The notes: generated by a model from the letters alone, not told the origin. A DNA stretch of 43,094 bases from Octopus bimaculoides (GCF_001194135.2 NC_069000.1:8916856-8959949); one strand, 5' to 3'. Positions 1 through 10,251 are shown, counted from the first letter of the stretch. A program made the numbers and translations.

Positions 1-22
1 TGGCAATTATTTTAAAGAGCGA

Positions 23-53
<31 letters not shown>

Positions 54-409
54 TATTAGTTTCAAAGATGGTGACTTGTTTCCCCAGGCATTATTACTTA
101 GGAACATTAAAAATAAAAAAAATAAAAAAAACATACATCCTTTAATCCCAGTGCATGACCCCTCCATTTTGTTGTTGTTCACCCACACCTGCTTGTTACC
201 CTACTCTCTCTCTCTCACACACCCTGGGCTGCAGGGTAAAGCTGTCTTCTAATAGATTTACTGATAAGAATTTTTGACAAAATTAAATTTGAGATAAATT
301 TAATAAGATAAGGTATACTGTATACATTTGTGCTTTTACTGATTTTTAATATTTTATTTGTCAAAATTTTTTATTATTATTATAATCATTATTATTATTA
401 TTATTATTA

Positions 410-462
410 TCGTCCCCTTCCCAATTTGTGGCCTTGCGCCTTTGTTTACAAATCCTTATCAC

Positions 463-493
<31 letters not shown>
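410..493 (+). mobile_element. SINE-A 3' tail fragment between (ATT)n runs
   Basis: cgtccccttcccaatttgtggccttgcgcc resembles the SINE-A end (gtcccctcccctaaaatttcgggccttgtgcc at 17.85 kb); flanked by (ATT)n at about 372-410 and 463-493. Confidence 0.5.
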
Positions 494-494
<1 letters not shown>

Positions 495-877
495 TTTGAT
501 AAGATCTGTGTTGTTTGACTTTGAAGTCTGGGAAGGAGACCAACATAAACTGCTTTCACAGTGTATTTAGAACTACACTGACAGCTGTTTCCCTTGATAG
601 AAAAAACACACATTAAACGGTAAGATAGAATCGGTGGAACGGTTGTGGACAAAGGCCGTGATGACATAACAACAAGGTTTGAGTTAAGAAAATCGTGTGG
701 GGATGGAATCGACTTCGCTTTTCGCTTTCCTTCATTAGGTTCCCAAAATAAAATCCCGGTAAAATACCGAATTGGTATATTCGGCTATTAAGATGTGGGT
801 AGATTGTTTGTAGAATCGTCTGCAGCATTTAATTATGGTCCTTTGTTTTGAGTTCAAATCCTGTGGATCTTGTACAT

Positions 878-1266
878 TTTCATCGTTTCAGTCATTAGAC
901 TGTGGCCATGCTGGGGCACCTCCTTGAAGGGTTTTCATCAAGCAAATACATCACAGGACTTTCTGTTTTCTTTTTTGGCGAGCCTAGTACTTATTCTATC
1001 AGTCTCTTTTGCTGAACTGCTAAGTTACAGGAATGTAAACACACCGACACTAGTTTCAAACAGCGTGGGGTGGAGGGACAAACAGACACAAAGACACACA
1101 CACAGCAGGCTTCCTTCAGTTTCCATCTACCATACCATATCAACTCATAAGGCTTTGATCAGCCTGAGGCTATAGTAGAAAACACTTGCCTCCTAAGGTG
1201 CCATGCAGTGGGACTGAACCCGGAACCATGTGCTTGAGAAGCAAGTTCCTTACCACACAGTCATGC
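878..1266 (-). mobile_element. SINE-B, near full length, tRNA-derived CORE-like SINE
   Basis: The minus strand has an A-box-like TGTGTGGTAAG, B-box GGTTCAGTCCC, a ccttagg..gcaagtg CORE-like start, a central (TG)n and the tail cccagcatggccacagtctaatgactgaaac. Matches the copy at 29068-29476. Confidence 0.9.
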
Positions 1267-1569
1267 AATCATTAGATTTGAATCACAGCTTGTGTCAGTG
1301 TGTGCTTGAAACAGTAGAAATATTCTCCAAGAGATCCTGGTAAATTCACATTGAACCCAGCACTTTTGAGGTTTTCAGGTTTTTATAACTTCCTGTTGTT
1401 AAGTGGGTGAAAAATATAGGATATAAGTCTTCAGAAGACAGTAAATTTTGTCGAGAACTGGAAATTAATAGACTGAGAGGAATATGGAGTTAAGTGCCCT
1501 GCTAAGAGGTACTTCAGTGTCAATATTTAAAATATTAACAAAATAATTGAAAAAAAAACAGTATAATTG

Positions 1570-1715
1570 TAGACATGGTTGAATAGTTTTGAGTTTAGTT
1601 CCATTACATGGCATTTGGGGAAAGTGCTTTCTACTAAATCTCTAGGCTGACAAATGGACTTGTTGGAGCACTCAGTTGATGGAAACTCTACAGAAAGACC
1701 ATCATGGTATCTACT
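1570..1715 (+). mobile_element. Decayed SINE-B head
   Basis: gagtttagttccattacatggcatttggggaaagtgctttctacta...gatggaaact aligns loosely to the SINE-B head. Confidence 0.5.
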
Positions 1716-1981
1716 ATAATAATACTCTTGTGTTTTTCTCTGTTGTAACATATGAATGAGAAAGGAAGGGGTAATGGCAAACTGGTGGGATGGTGAACAT
1801 TCAACACCGAAATGAAAAATCAAACAGCATTTCAACTCTGGGTGAATGTATGTGTGTGCATGCACAAGGGAAGTATGTGTATGTTTGTGAACATTGACAA
1901 GTGTATTAATTTGATTTACTATTGATATTTATATATAAAATACAACAATTAGCCATTATTTTTGGCGGCACATGGCCAGCT

Positions 1982-2018
<37 letters not shown>

Positions 2019-2494
2019 NNNNNNNNNNNNNNNNNNNNNNNNNNNNNNNNNNNNNNNNNNNNNNNNNNNNNNNNNNNNNNNNNNNNNNNNNNNNNNNNNN
2101 NNNNNNNNNNNNNNNNNNNNNNNNNNNNNNNNNNNNNNNNNNNNNNNNNNNNNNNNNNNNNNNNNNNNNNNNNNNNNNNNNNNNNNNNNNNNNNNNNNNN
2201 NNNNNNNNNNNNNNNNNNNNNNNNNNNNNNNNNNNNNNNNNNNNNNNNNNNNNNNNNNNNNNNNNNNNNNNNNNNNNNNNNNNNNNNNNNNNNNNNNNNN
2301 NNNNNNNNNNNNNNNNNNNNNNNNNNNNNNNNNNNNNNNNNNNNNNNNNNNNNNNNNNNNNNNNNNNNNNNNNNNNNNNNNNNNNNNNNNNNNNNNNNNN
2401 NNNNNNNNNNNNNNNNNNNNNNNNNNNNNNNNNNNNNNNNNNNNNNNNNNNNNNNNNNNNNNNNNNNNNNNNNNNNNNNNNNNNNNNNNNNNNN
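2019..2494. other. Assembly gap (476 N)
   Basis: N run flanked by (TA)n and (CA)n. Confidence 1.
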
Positions 2495-2574
2495 ACACAC
2501 GCTACTGGCTTCTTTCTGTTTCCGTCTACTAAATCCACTCACAAGCCTTTGGTTGGCTGGATGCTATGGTAGAA
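2495..2574 (-). mobile_element. SINE-B head/body fragment, 5'-truncated
   Basis: ggcttctttctgtttccgtctactaaatccactcacaagcctttgg matches the reverse complement of the SINE-B body. Confidence 0.8.
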
Positions 2575-2672
2575 AAAAAAAAAAAAAAGAACCGGGGTTG
2601 ATCTGTTCAACTAAAACTCCTTCAAGCCTCTGCCCCAGCCTGGGCCGCAGTCCACCGACTAAAAGATTTAAA
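2575..2672 (+). mobile_element. SINE-B 3' tail fragment
   Basis: A-run then accggggttgatctgttcaactaaaactccttcaagcctctgccccagcctgggccgcagtcc matches the SINE-B tail. Confidence 0.75.
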
Positions 2673-3137
2673 AAATATATATAGAGGAATATATATGACA
2701 CGAGGTTGTCGATGGTCTAATATTATCTATGGGAAAAGAAAAAAAGAAGAAAAGGTTGAGTAAATAACAATTGGTGTATGTTTAGCTAATAAATAAACAA
2801 CCGTTTGGAATTATATGTCAACAGGCAGCCGAAGTCTTTTTAACAGACGATTCTAGATCAAATCTCTGTTGTCAAACAACACAAGAGATGTGCGTACGTG
2901 CGTGTAAATTGATGAGAAGTTTTATCCAACTGATTGTTTCTTTCTTATACCCGTGTATGGGATACATAAATATTTATTCTTATATAAATATAACTGGTGA
3001 ACTGTGTGTGTGTGTGTGTATGGAGAGTTTGATTCGTATGTTTGTGTTAGCAATTTGACGCTGGATTGCTTTACTTAAAACCTCCATCAAGCTTCCTGTT
3101 AACACAAAGAAATATAAATTCTTACGATCTGTGTTGA

Positions 3138-3530
3138 GGGCGATCTTTTGATACTAGGCCTAGAAATGCCATTTAGACCACGTGTGTCTATTTACATCAA
3201 TTCGACATTTTCCGTAAAAAGTGTTGGGTTAGGGAAGTGGGAAAGGACGCGAAAGACATGGAGAGAGCGCGATTTCTTTTGAAGTTGGCATACTACTTAC
3301 CACAGTGGCTGTGGTAAGCAGCAAACAACAAACAAAAACAAAAAAACATACTTTCTCTCTCTCTCCCTCTCTATCTCTCTTAACCCTAACCCTAACCCTG
3401 ACACTAAAACCCTAACACCCTAGTGGAGATCGTGCGGGTGTTACGAAAAAGGCCGATCTTTGGTAAAGATCGCCGAAGACACTTTTTACGGAAAAGGCCG
3501 ATATTTCGGCCTAGTATCGAAAGATCGCCC
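3138..3530. mobile_element. Non-autonomous TIR element (MITE) containing (TAACCC)3; superfamily uncertain, possibly PIF/Harbinger-like
   Basis: 23-bp TIRs 3138-3160 / 3508-3530 (1 mismatch); perfect 17-bp inner inverted repeat 3208-3224 / 3479-3495; TAACCC x3 at 3381-3398; no ORF; no TSD visible because a SINE-A fragment abuts the right end. Confidence 0.8.
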
Positions 3531-3696
3531 GTCCGTCTTTACGTTCTGAGTTGAAATTCCGCCAAGGTCGATTTTTGCCTTTCATCTTTTCGAGATCGAT
3601 AAAATAAGTACCATTTGAGCACTGGGGGTTGATCTAATCGACTTAACCCCTGCCCCGACATTTCTGACCTTGTGACAAAATCTGAAACCAATATTA
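3531..3696 (+). mobile_element. SINE-A, 5'-truncated
   Basis: acgttctgagttgaaattccgccaaggtcgatttttgcctttcatc...aagtacca...ccttgtg matches the copy at 17679-17892. Confidence 0.85.
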
Positions 3697-4984
3697 TACT
3701 CATTATTAGATTAATCATACTGGTGGTTTGTTTTCAGAGGTGAAGGCTTCTGTAGGACCAATCACACTTTTTTGGATAGTTTGTGGCAAATGTTTACCAA
3801 AAACTCTAAGAACAATATACCTTAAGGCTATACTCTTAGTTCTCTATCTCGTGGGTTAGTTGCCTCCAGCCTCTCTTTCTCTTTCTCTCTCTCTCTCTCT
3901 CTCTCACGCACATTATACACCCACATATACACATAGTGTACACTGTTTTCTTCTACATTTGGTTTTGTTTATCCATACGGTCGCGCATAGATAGACATTT
4001 GTAGTCACACACTTCTATCATGCTTAATGAAGGTTCTTGTTCTCTATTTGTATAACAGCACGCACGCACACATACAATTATAACTGCTGCTACCCCTTAT
4101 GTTTTCATGAATGGTTCGATGAATGTCTTCTGTGTCTTCTATTCACTCTCTCGCTTCACAGCACACACACGCACCACATATGCACACACCTGTATCGTTC
4201 TTTAGTAGAAATCTGTTCTTATTTGTTTACCCTAATATACATAAAAACTCACGCACACCCATCCTTTAATTCATCATACTAACGATAGAAGAACGTGTGC
4301 CTCTGTTCTTTATATTCATCCTCACACACACACACACTCAGATATATAATGCTGACCATGTGTATTCTAATATAGTGAATGTCTCTCTCTCTCGTCCTCT
4401 CTGCTTCTTTGAATGCCATATGCACACATTGCTTGCTTTGAAAGGAAAATATCACTGTTAAAGTATCAACTTGGGATTACTAAGCATAAACAGTTCATTC
4501 ATTCACACATATATCCGTTTCCTACATCCCCCATTCGTTTAATTCATACACACACATACACTTTCAAAACACACAACACCTCAACATAGATTTACTATCA
4601 TTCCTATATATTTTCAGAAATACACACACACTCTTAGATATCTTGAAATTCATTGCCACCATTTTCTTGATCGCCCACTTAACACATGTATCTCGTACAA
4701 CTCTAGAAATATTTCTGTTCGTCTGTCTATCTATCTATCTATCTATTTATCTATCCCTCTCACTCTATTTCTCTATCTCTATATTTATTTATCTATCTAT
4801 CTAATCTCTCTCTTTTTACCCTCCTCCACCTATACAGCCAGACATGTATACACATATATAAATTCCTTTATTTCACATATTTCTTACAAACACCTACACA
4901 AAGCACCCTTTTGTCTGTCAAAAATTGTCTTGACCACTCCCTGTTTTCTTCACTACACCCATCTTGCTTCATATATTTCTTAGT

Positions 4985-5159
4985 CGTTTAGCCCTGGGTC
5001 AGGTCTGTTCGAAAAGAGCTTCGATCATAGGCATTCCAACCGTGCCTATCCCATCTTTTCACCCAGGACTACACTATCCAGTGTTTTCTTTAGAGGGTAG
5101 AATGTGGTTTTAAGGGAGATTTGGTTGATATTTCTAGTAAGTCGGGTGGCTATGTTGAG
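4985..5159 (-). mobile_element. Family F repeat (old SINE-like element, (CAA)n tail), interrupted by a hAT MITE
   Basis: gggagatttggttgatatttctagtaagtcggg and gatcataggcattccaaccgtg match motifs repeated more than 12 times in the window. Confidence 0.7.
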
Positions 5160-5193
5160 CAGGTATGGACAACCTTTTTCGAGAAGCGAACCG
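5160..5193 (+). mobile_element. hAT (Buster/Charlie-type) MITE left end, continuing after 5546
   Basis: caggtatggacaacctttttcgagaagc is nearly identical to the left end of the MITE at 42376. Confidence 0.7.
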
Positions 5194-5546
5194 GGAAACT
5201 TTTGGTTTGACGGGTAACATTTTTCATTCATGTTTTATGTAGTGTTTTTGGTACCGAAACACTTTCAAACTTCGTATATTCGTATATTTTGTTTTATAGA
5301 ACAGATAAAAAAATTTTGTATTCGAAGTTATTTCATGTAAAATGTTGTCGTATTTGTGTAATTTCAACCAATCACTGACGTCTATTGAGGTGTAACAACT
5401 TTAACAAGAAATAACTTATTAAGAAGAAATTTTTGTTAAGAAGGCTAAGAGAAAAAGATGTTTTATATGACACATTCTACCAGCATCCCAAGTTTGAAAG
5501 TGTTTCGTTAAGAAAACGAGTGTTGCCAGTCAAACCAAAAAGATCT
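5194..5546. mobile_element. 353-bp MITE with 26-bp TIRs and 8-bp TSD (Merlin- or MULE-like)
   Basis: TIRs 5194-5219 / 5521-5546 match at 20/26 (core ttttggtttgac exact); perfect direct repeat GCGAACCG at 5186-5193 and 5547-5554; the left TIR starts GG. Confidence 0.75.
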
Positions 5547-5955
5547 GCGAACCGCAGTAGACAAAGCTCAAAGTTAAAAATTAGATGTTATGTGAACCGT
5601 TAATAATTGAACTCCAGCCAAGATTCGGCTGCCATTTCTAGCAAGTTGGGCGATCCTGTAAAAACTCTCCACCACCCACGACCGCCTCGTTGATTCTTGT
5701 TCTTGTACTGATGCTGTTGATTTTAGTAGCGGCGGTTCTTCTGTTTTCCTTTCTTGAAATTGTTTAGGATCAAGTGTTGTCATCAAAGAATTAGCGTGCA
5801 ATCTGAGGAATCTGTATCTGTTACGTTTATCACTCCTGTAATAGACTGTCATCAGTCGGTGTATTTTGGCTGTTTTACGTATTTGTGTATGTTCGGGTTG
5901 GGGAGAAACAGAGCAACAGGCGAAAAGAGACAGAGCTTCTTTGCTCTACAAACTA

Positions 5956-5965
5956 CCGCCATGTT
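5956..5965 (-). promoter_or_regulatory. YY1-type motif CCGCCATGTT (AACATGGCGG on the minus strand) in CpG-rich unique sequence; candidate promoter or start region
   Basis: Exact match to the YY1 consensus CCGCCATNTT, which is typical near TSS/start codons of animal housekeeping genes; a single motif only. Confidence 0.35.
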
Positions 5966-6149
5966 TACCCACCCGACTCACACAAACAAGAAACAGCACC
6001 ATCACATCGCCGACATTCTGCAGATGTTTCTCTCTGACATCTTTTTTTGTTTTATTCTTGTTTCTTAGCTAAGCATCCACCATATTAGCTTCATTACCTA
6101 TGACCCATGGTGCCATAACCGATACAGGGGTTGATGGAGATTCTGAAGA

Positions 6150-6500
6150 ATTTAAATGTGGTTCGTCACTACCACCACCACCACTACCACCACATCTGCA
6201 CTCGCCGCCGCCGCCGTCACCACCCCCACCATTATTTGCTGGTACTACCACCAACTACTGTAGTCATTACCCCCACCACCACTGTTACAACTACGGGATA
6301 TATAAGTGTGGGGGGGGAGAGGTGTTTCGACCACTGTCATCTCTTACCACCACGACCACCACCGTTTTGACTGCCACTACAAACCACTACCACCACCGTC
6401 GAGGCAGCTACTCTCACCATCACCATTTTGACTCCCACCACCACACCGCCACCATGACTTCTAACAGTACCGCCAACATTACTGCTTATCATTATCACCA
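6150..6500. repeat. Decayed (CCA/CCG)n low-complexity tract
   Basis: Recurrent accaccacc / gccgccgcc runs. Confidence 0.85.
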
Positions 6501-7007
6501 TAAAAAATTAGTGCCACAAACCATCTCCTTGTTAACAATGTCTATATTGGCGAACTATGTTGTTTGGAATGAAATCTTTAACATAACTTCTGTTGTTAAA
6601 ATGTTAACTGTCAAATTAGCATATCGTCAAAACTGCTGTCCATATTCACTTTATTAATAAAAGCTGGTCTTGAAATGAAGTCTTCACATAACTAACTGCC
6701 AAACTTTAATAAACTGCTGACAAGCTTGCTGTCAGATAAGCAGATTCCATCTTGTGTCTCTGCTCCAGCGTCTATTTTTTGACTTTGGAGTTTCTGGTGG
6801 GACTGGATCCAATCCAGAATCAATAAGGAAATATTTTTTTTTGACATTTCAGCTGATTTTCACATGTGTACGTGCGACAGTCCAGTACACCTGCTGGCTT
6901 GCTCAATATTAAATTCCTCGTTTGAAATTTTTATGGTTTGGGGGTGGAAAACCCCCAGAAAAGTTGAACTAAAGCAGAGAGAGAGAGAGAGAAGAATTAT
7001 AGACACG

Positions 7008-7173
7008 AAATAATTCTTTGGCACACGACCAGCTGCGGGTGAATCGATTACATCGACCCCAGTACTTGATTGGTACTTTACCTTATCGACCCCGAAAGGA
7101 TGGAATTCAGAACGTAAAGAGCCAGAACAATGCCGCTAAGCATTTTGTTCGACGCTCGAACGATTCTGCTAAC
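7008..7173 (-). mobile_element. SINE-A with internal deletion (only minus-strand copy seen)
   Basis: atcgattacatcgaccccagtac...atcgaccccgaaaggatg...cagaacgtaaag...gctaagcattttg...cgattctgc is the reverse complement of SINE-A. Confidence 0.85.
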
Positions 7174-7974
7174 ATTCCTTTTTTATGAACCACAAGGGTT
7201 GACAAAAAATATCGAGAATGTCACAAAATAGTTCGTTAGATATAATTTTTCTGGTTAATCTACACAAGTCAGATAGTATCTGTATCTTGGAGATGGCTTT
7301 CGGTTCAAATAAAATGCAAAAATTTTCAATATATATTTGAGACAGGATATTAATTTTTTTTTTGTTTACATTTTTCATCACACTGGGTTCAACTTTGATA
7401 ACTGTGAGAGTCAACGCAGGAGTCTTTTCATAGTCACTCAAACTGTTATAGATACCAGCCAAATCTCCTTTAAATCGTGTCTTACCGTCTTAAAACAAAA
7501 CGGACACTTTATATGATGTTCTGAGTATATGATATACAGAAAATAAGCCAAAGATGGAATATCTTCGACGATAAGTCAACTTGACCTGGAATAAAAAAAA
7601 ATACCATTCCTACGTAATTTCAAAGAAATGGAGAATGTAAAAAAACATCATGGTTTATTTGAAATACCGAAACGAAAATGATAATAGTGTTTTTTTTTAT
7701 TTCAAAGGCGGTACTGCAGTGGTTGTAGACAGGAAGTTCATAATAGATGCTGACTCTTCTACATTATTTTTATAATGTTGTTTTTATTATTAAATACTTC
7801 TAAGTTACCTTACATGTTTTTATTTCCTCATAATACACATGCTCTTGAAATGAAAGTATGGCCAACTCGTATCATTACATCTTAAAATTAATATTTTCTT
7901 AATGCTGTTTATAATTAAATTCTTATGAAAGTTTCTTAAATCTCTCTTTTTCTCTCTCTCTCTCTCTTTGCGCT

Positions 7975-8177
7975 TTGTATCTGTGTTTGTCCCCCACCCC
8001 ATCATTGCTTGACAACCGGTGTTTGTATGTTTACGTCCCCGTAAATTAGCAGTTGGACAAAAGTGACCGATAGAACTAATACTTGAAAATTAAATCCTGG
8101 GATCGATTTTTTCGATTAAAATCCTTCGAGGAGGTGCTCCAGCATGGCTACAATCAAATGACTGAAACAAGTAAAAG
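7975..8177 (+). mobile_element. SINE-B 3' half
   Basis: ctgtgtttgtcccc...gcttgacaaccggtg...ggtgctccagcatggc...gactgaaacaagtaaaag. Confidence 0.9.
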
Positions 8178-8345
8178 CATATTTACGACGAGCTTCTTTC
8201 AGTTTCCGTCCACTAAATCCGCTCACAAAGATTTGGTCGGCCCGAGACTCTAGCAAAAGACACATGTCAAAGGTGCAGCGCAATGAGACTGAACCTGGAA
8301 CCATTTGGCTGGGAAGCAAACTGCTTACAACACAGCCACATACGC
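8178..8345 (-). mobile_element. SINE-B 5' half (tRNA-like head)
   Basis: acgacgagcttctttcagtttccg...gactgaacctggaacc...cttacaacacagcca is the reverse complement of the head. Confidence 0.9.
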
Positions 8346-8384
8346 ATATAAACGCATGTTTAACCCATAAACACCTCAAATGAA

Positions 8385-8566
8385 TGGGTTTGGACATGGT
8401 TACTAGAAATAGCAGCCAAATCTTTCTCAAATCGCCACACCCTCTGTTTGAACAAGGGAAGAGCACATTAGTTAGCGCAATCCGAGTTTCTTCCTCTTCT
8501 CGCTTCCAAGATATGGTCACGGTTGTAATTAGCGGTGACCCGGGGCTAAACAGCAACCGCAGCAAC
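8385..8566 (+). mobile_element. Family F repeat
   Basis: ctagaaatagcagccaaatct head and gacccggggctaaacagcaac tail. Confidence 0.7.
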
Positions 8567-8733
8567 ATGTCAATTAGTTCGAGGTGAAGAAAACAGTTAA
8601 TTCTTTAAGGAATTAAATTAAATAAATAACTAAATTCAATCAACTTGTAGCACCAGCATGTTCTGCTGCTGCAAAGGAATGTCCATATATCTTCGTGTAG
8701 CCATCAATTCTTCACATTCCTGCCAATCTTAAC

Positions 8734-9260
8734 ATGTTTCTTTGTCTGCTTTTTCTTCGCCACCCCTTTTACACACACACACACATACACACACTCTCTC
8801 TACTCTCTCTTCTCCCCCTCTCTCTTCCTCTCCCATTTTCTCCTCTCCGTTTCTCTGTTCTCTTCTTTTTCTTCTTCCGCCTCTCTTCCTCTTTCATTTC
8901 CTTCTTTCTGCCTCTTTTCCTCTCTCTTCGCCTTTCTCTTTTTCCCCTCTCGTCCTTTCTCGTTTTCTTCTCCCCCTCTCCCTTCCTCTGTCTCCCTCTC
9001 TCTTCCTTCCCGTTTCTCTACTTTCTTTTTCTTCTTCCACCTCTCTTCCTTCCTCTCTCTCCTCCCTCTCTTCCTTTTCCTTCTTTCTCTCTTTTCCCTT
9101 CTCTTCCCCTCTCCCTCTTTTCACCTTTCTTCTCTTTCCCTCTTCTCTTCCCCCTCTCTCTCTTTTTTCCTCTTACTCCATTTCTCCCCACGTAGCTTAT
9201 ATTTACAGTTTTTTTGCATGGAGTTTCTTCTTCACCCCTCTCTCTCTTTCTCCTTGTGCA
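8734..9260. repeat. Approximately 500-bp polypyrimidine (CT-rich) tract
   Basis: Almost purine-free on the + strand. Confidence 0.95.
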
Positions 9261-9602
9261 GTTTGAGGTTGATTAAAAGAAACAAATTCTTGATATTCCT
9301 GTCCTTTCTACACCTATATAACTAACTCCCAGTTTCCACTGGCGGCACCAGCGTGGTTGTGGTGGCGATGGTAGTGGTGGTGCCAAGGAAATCACTGATT
9401 TGTTTGTTGCTTCTCCAAACATTCTCTCAATCACCCACCTACCCACTCACCACCCCTCACATATTCACATACCATCGTTTATATTTAAACTGATGACAGA
9501 TGACTTTCTCACTCTCCCTTGCTCAGTCTGTCTGTCTGTCTGTCTCTATGTGTGTGTGTGTGTGTGTATGTGGATAGTGAGTGTATATATGTGTTTGTAT
9601 AT

Positions 9603-9642
<40 letters not shown>

Positions 9643-10021
9643 TTGTGTGTGTGTATACATGGTGAGGCAACTTAATGTTAGTTATCACATTTTTAACTTG
9701 TTATTCATATTTACTTACCTCATGTTTAACTAACAGGGAAAAAAATCTCTCTCTCCTTGCGGTGTACCCATATATTTATTGTGTCTGCATTGTATGAATG
9801 TAATTAATGTCTGAAAGGATCCTTTCAGAAGGGTAGTGTACATGTGTCTGTGTGTGAATGTATGTTTGTATGATATATATATATATATATACATGATGGG
9901 ATCCCACCACCCCCTGCTACTTTCCGCTCTGCATGTCCAATAGTCTATGGGCTGTTGAGTGTGTGTGCCTGCACAGGCATGTTTATTTCTTAATTGCTCT
10001 TCACCATTTATTTAAGTGAAG

Positions 10022-10126
10022 TTGACTCTTGGAATTTTGACTCTTGGAATTTTGACTCTTTGGATTTTGACTCGTTGGATTTTGACTCTTCAAATCTTGA
10101 CTCTTTGATTCCCAACTCCTTGAATC
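10022..10126. repeat. 15-bp minisatellite, about 7 units (TTGACTCTTGGAATT-like)
   Basis: ttgactc recurs at 10022, 10037, 10052, 10067, 10082, 10097, with a decayed unit at about 10112. Confidence 0.9.
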
Positions 10127-10251
10127 CCATTTAGATCTTTAGGTTATACATATGCACACTCACACACACAAAAAGGTCCAGTATTGCAAGTTGTAAGGGT
10201 TGGTTGTAATTGTGGTGTTGTCCTAAAAAAATGTATTTATTTTTAAGTAAA

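Noticed and set aside
1906-2684. ORFs of 150-370 aa spanning N runs (also 12610-13713, 14271-14847, 16639-17190, 22429-23301, 36659-37151)
   Set aside because: Length comes from X residues and flanking microsatellites.
3381-3398. Interstitial telomere or fusion site
   Set aside because: Only three perfect units, inside a TIR-bounded element.
5574-6068. 92-aa (-) and 104-aa (+) ORFs as genes
   Set aside because: No recognisable homology; parts overlap family F and decayed triplet repeats. Kept only as promoter-region context.
6100-6657. 185-aa Pro/Thr/His-rich ORF
   Set aside because: Translation of decayed (CCA)n; no domain, no splice context.
7169-7470. 97-aa ORF and faint mariner-like ends
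   Set aside because: TIRs do not match each other convincingly and no transposase motif is visible.
8734-9266. Leu/Ser/Phe-rich and Glu/Arg/Lys-rich ORFs
   Set aside because: CT-tract artefacts; the same applies to the CV/HT/YI ORFs throughout the window.
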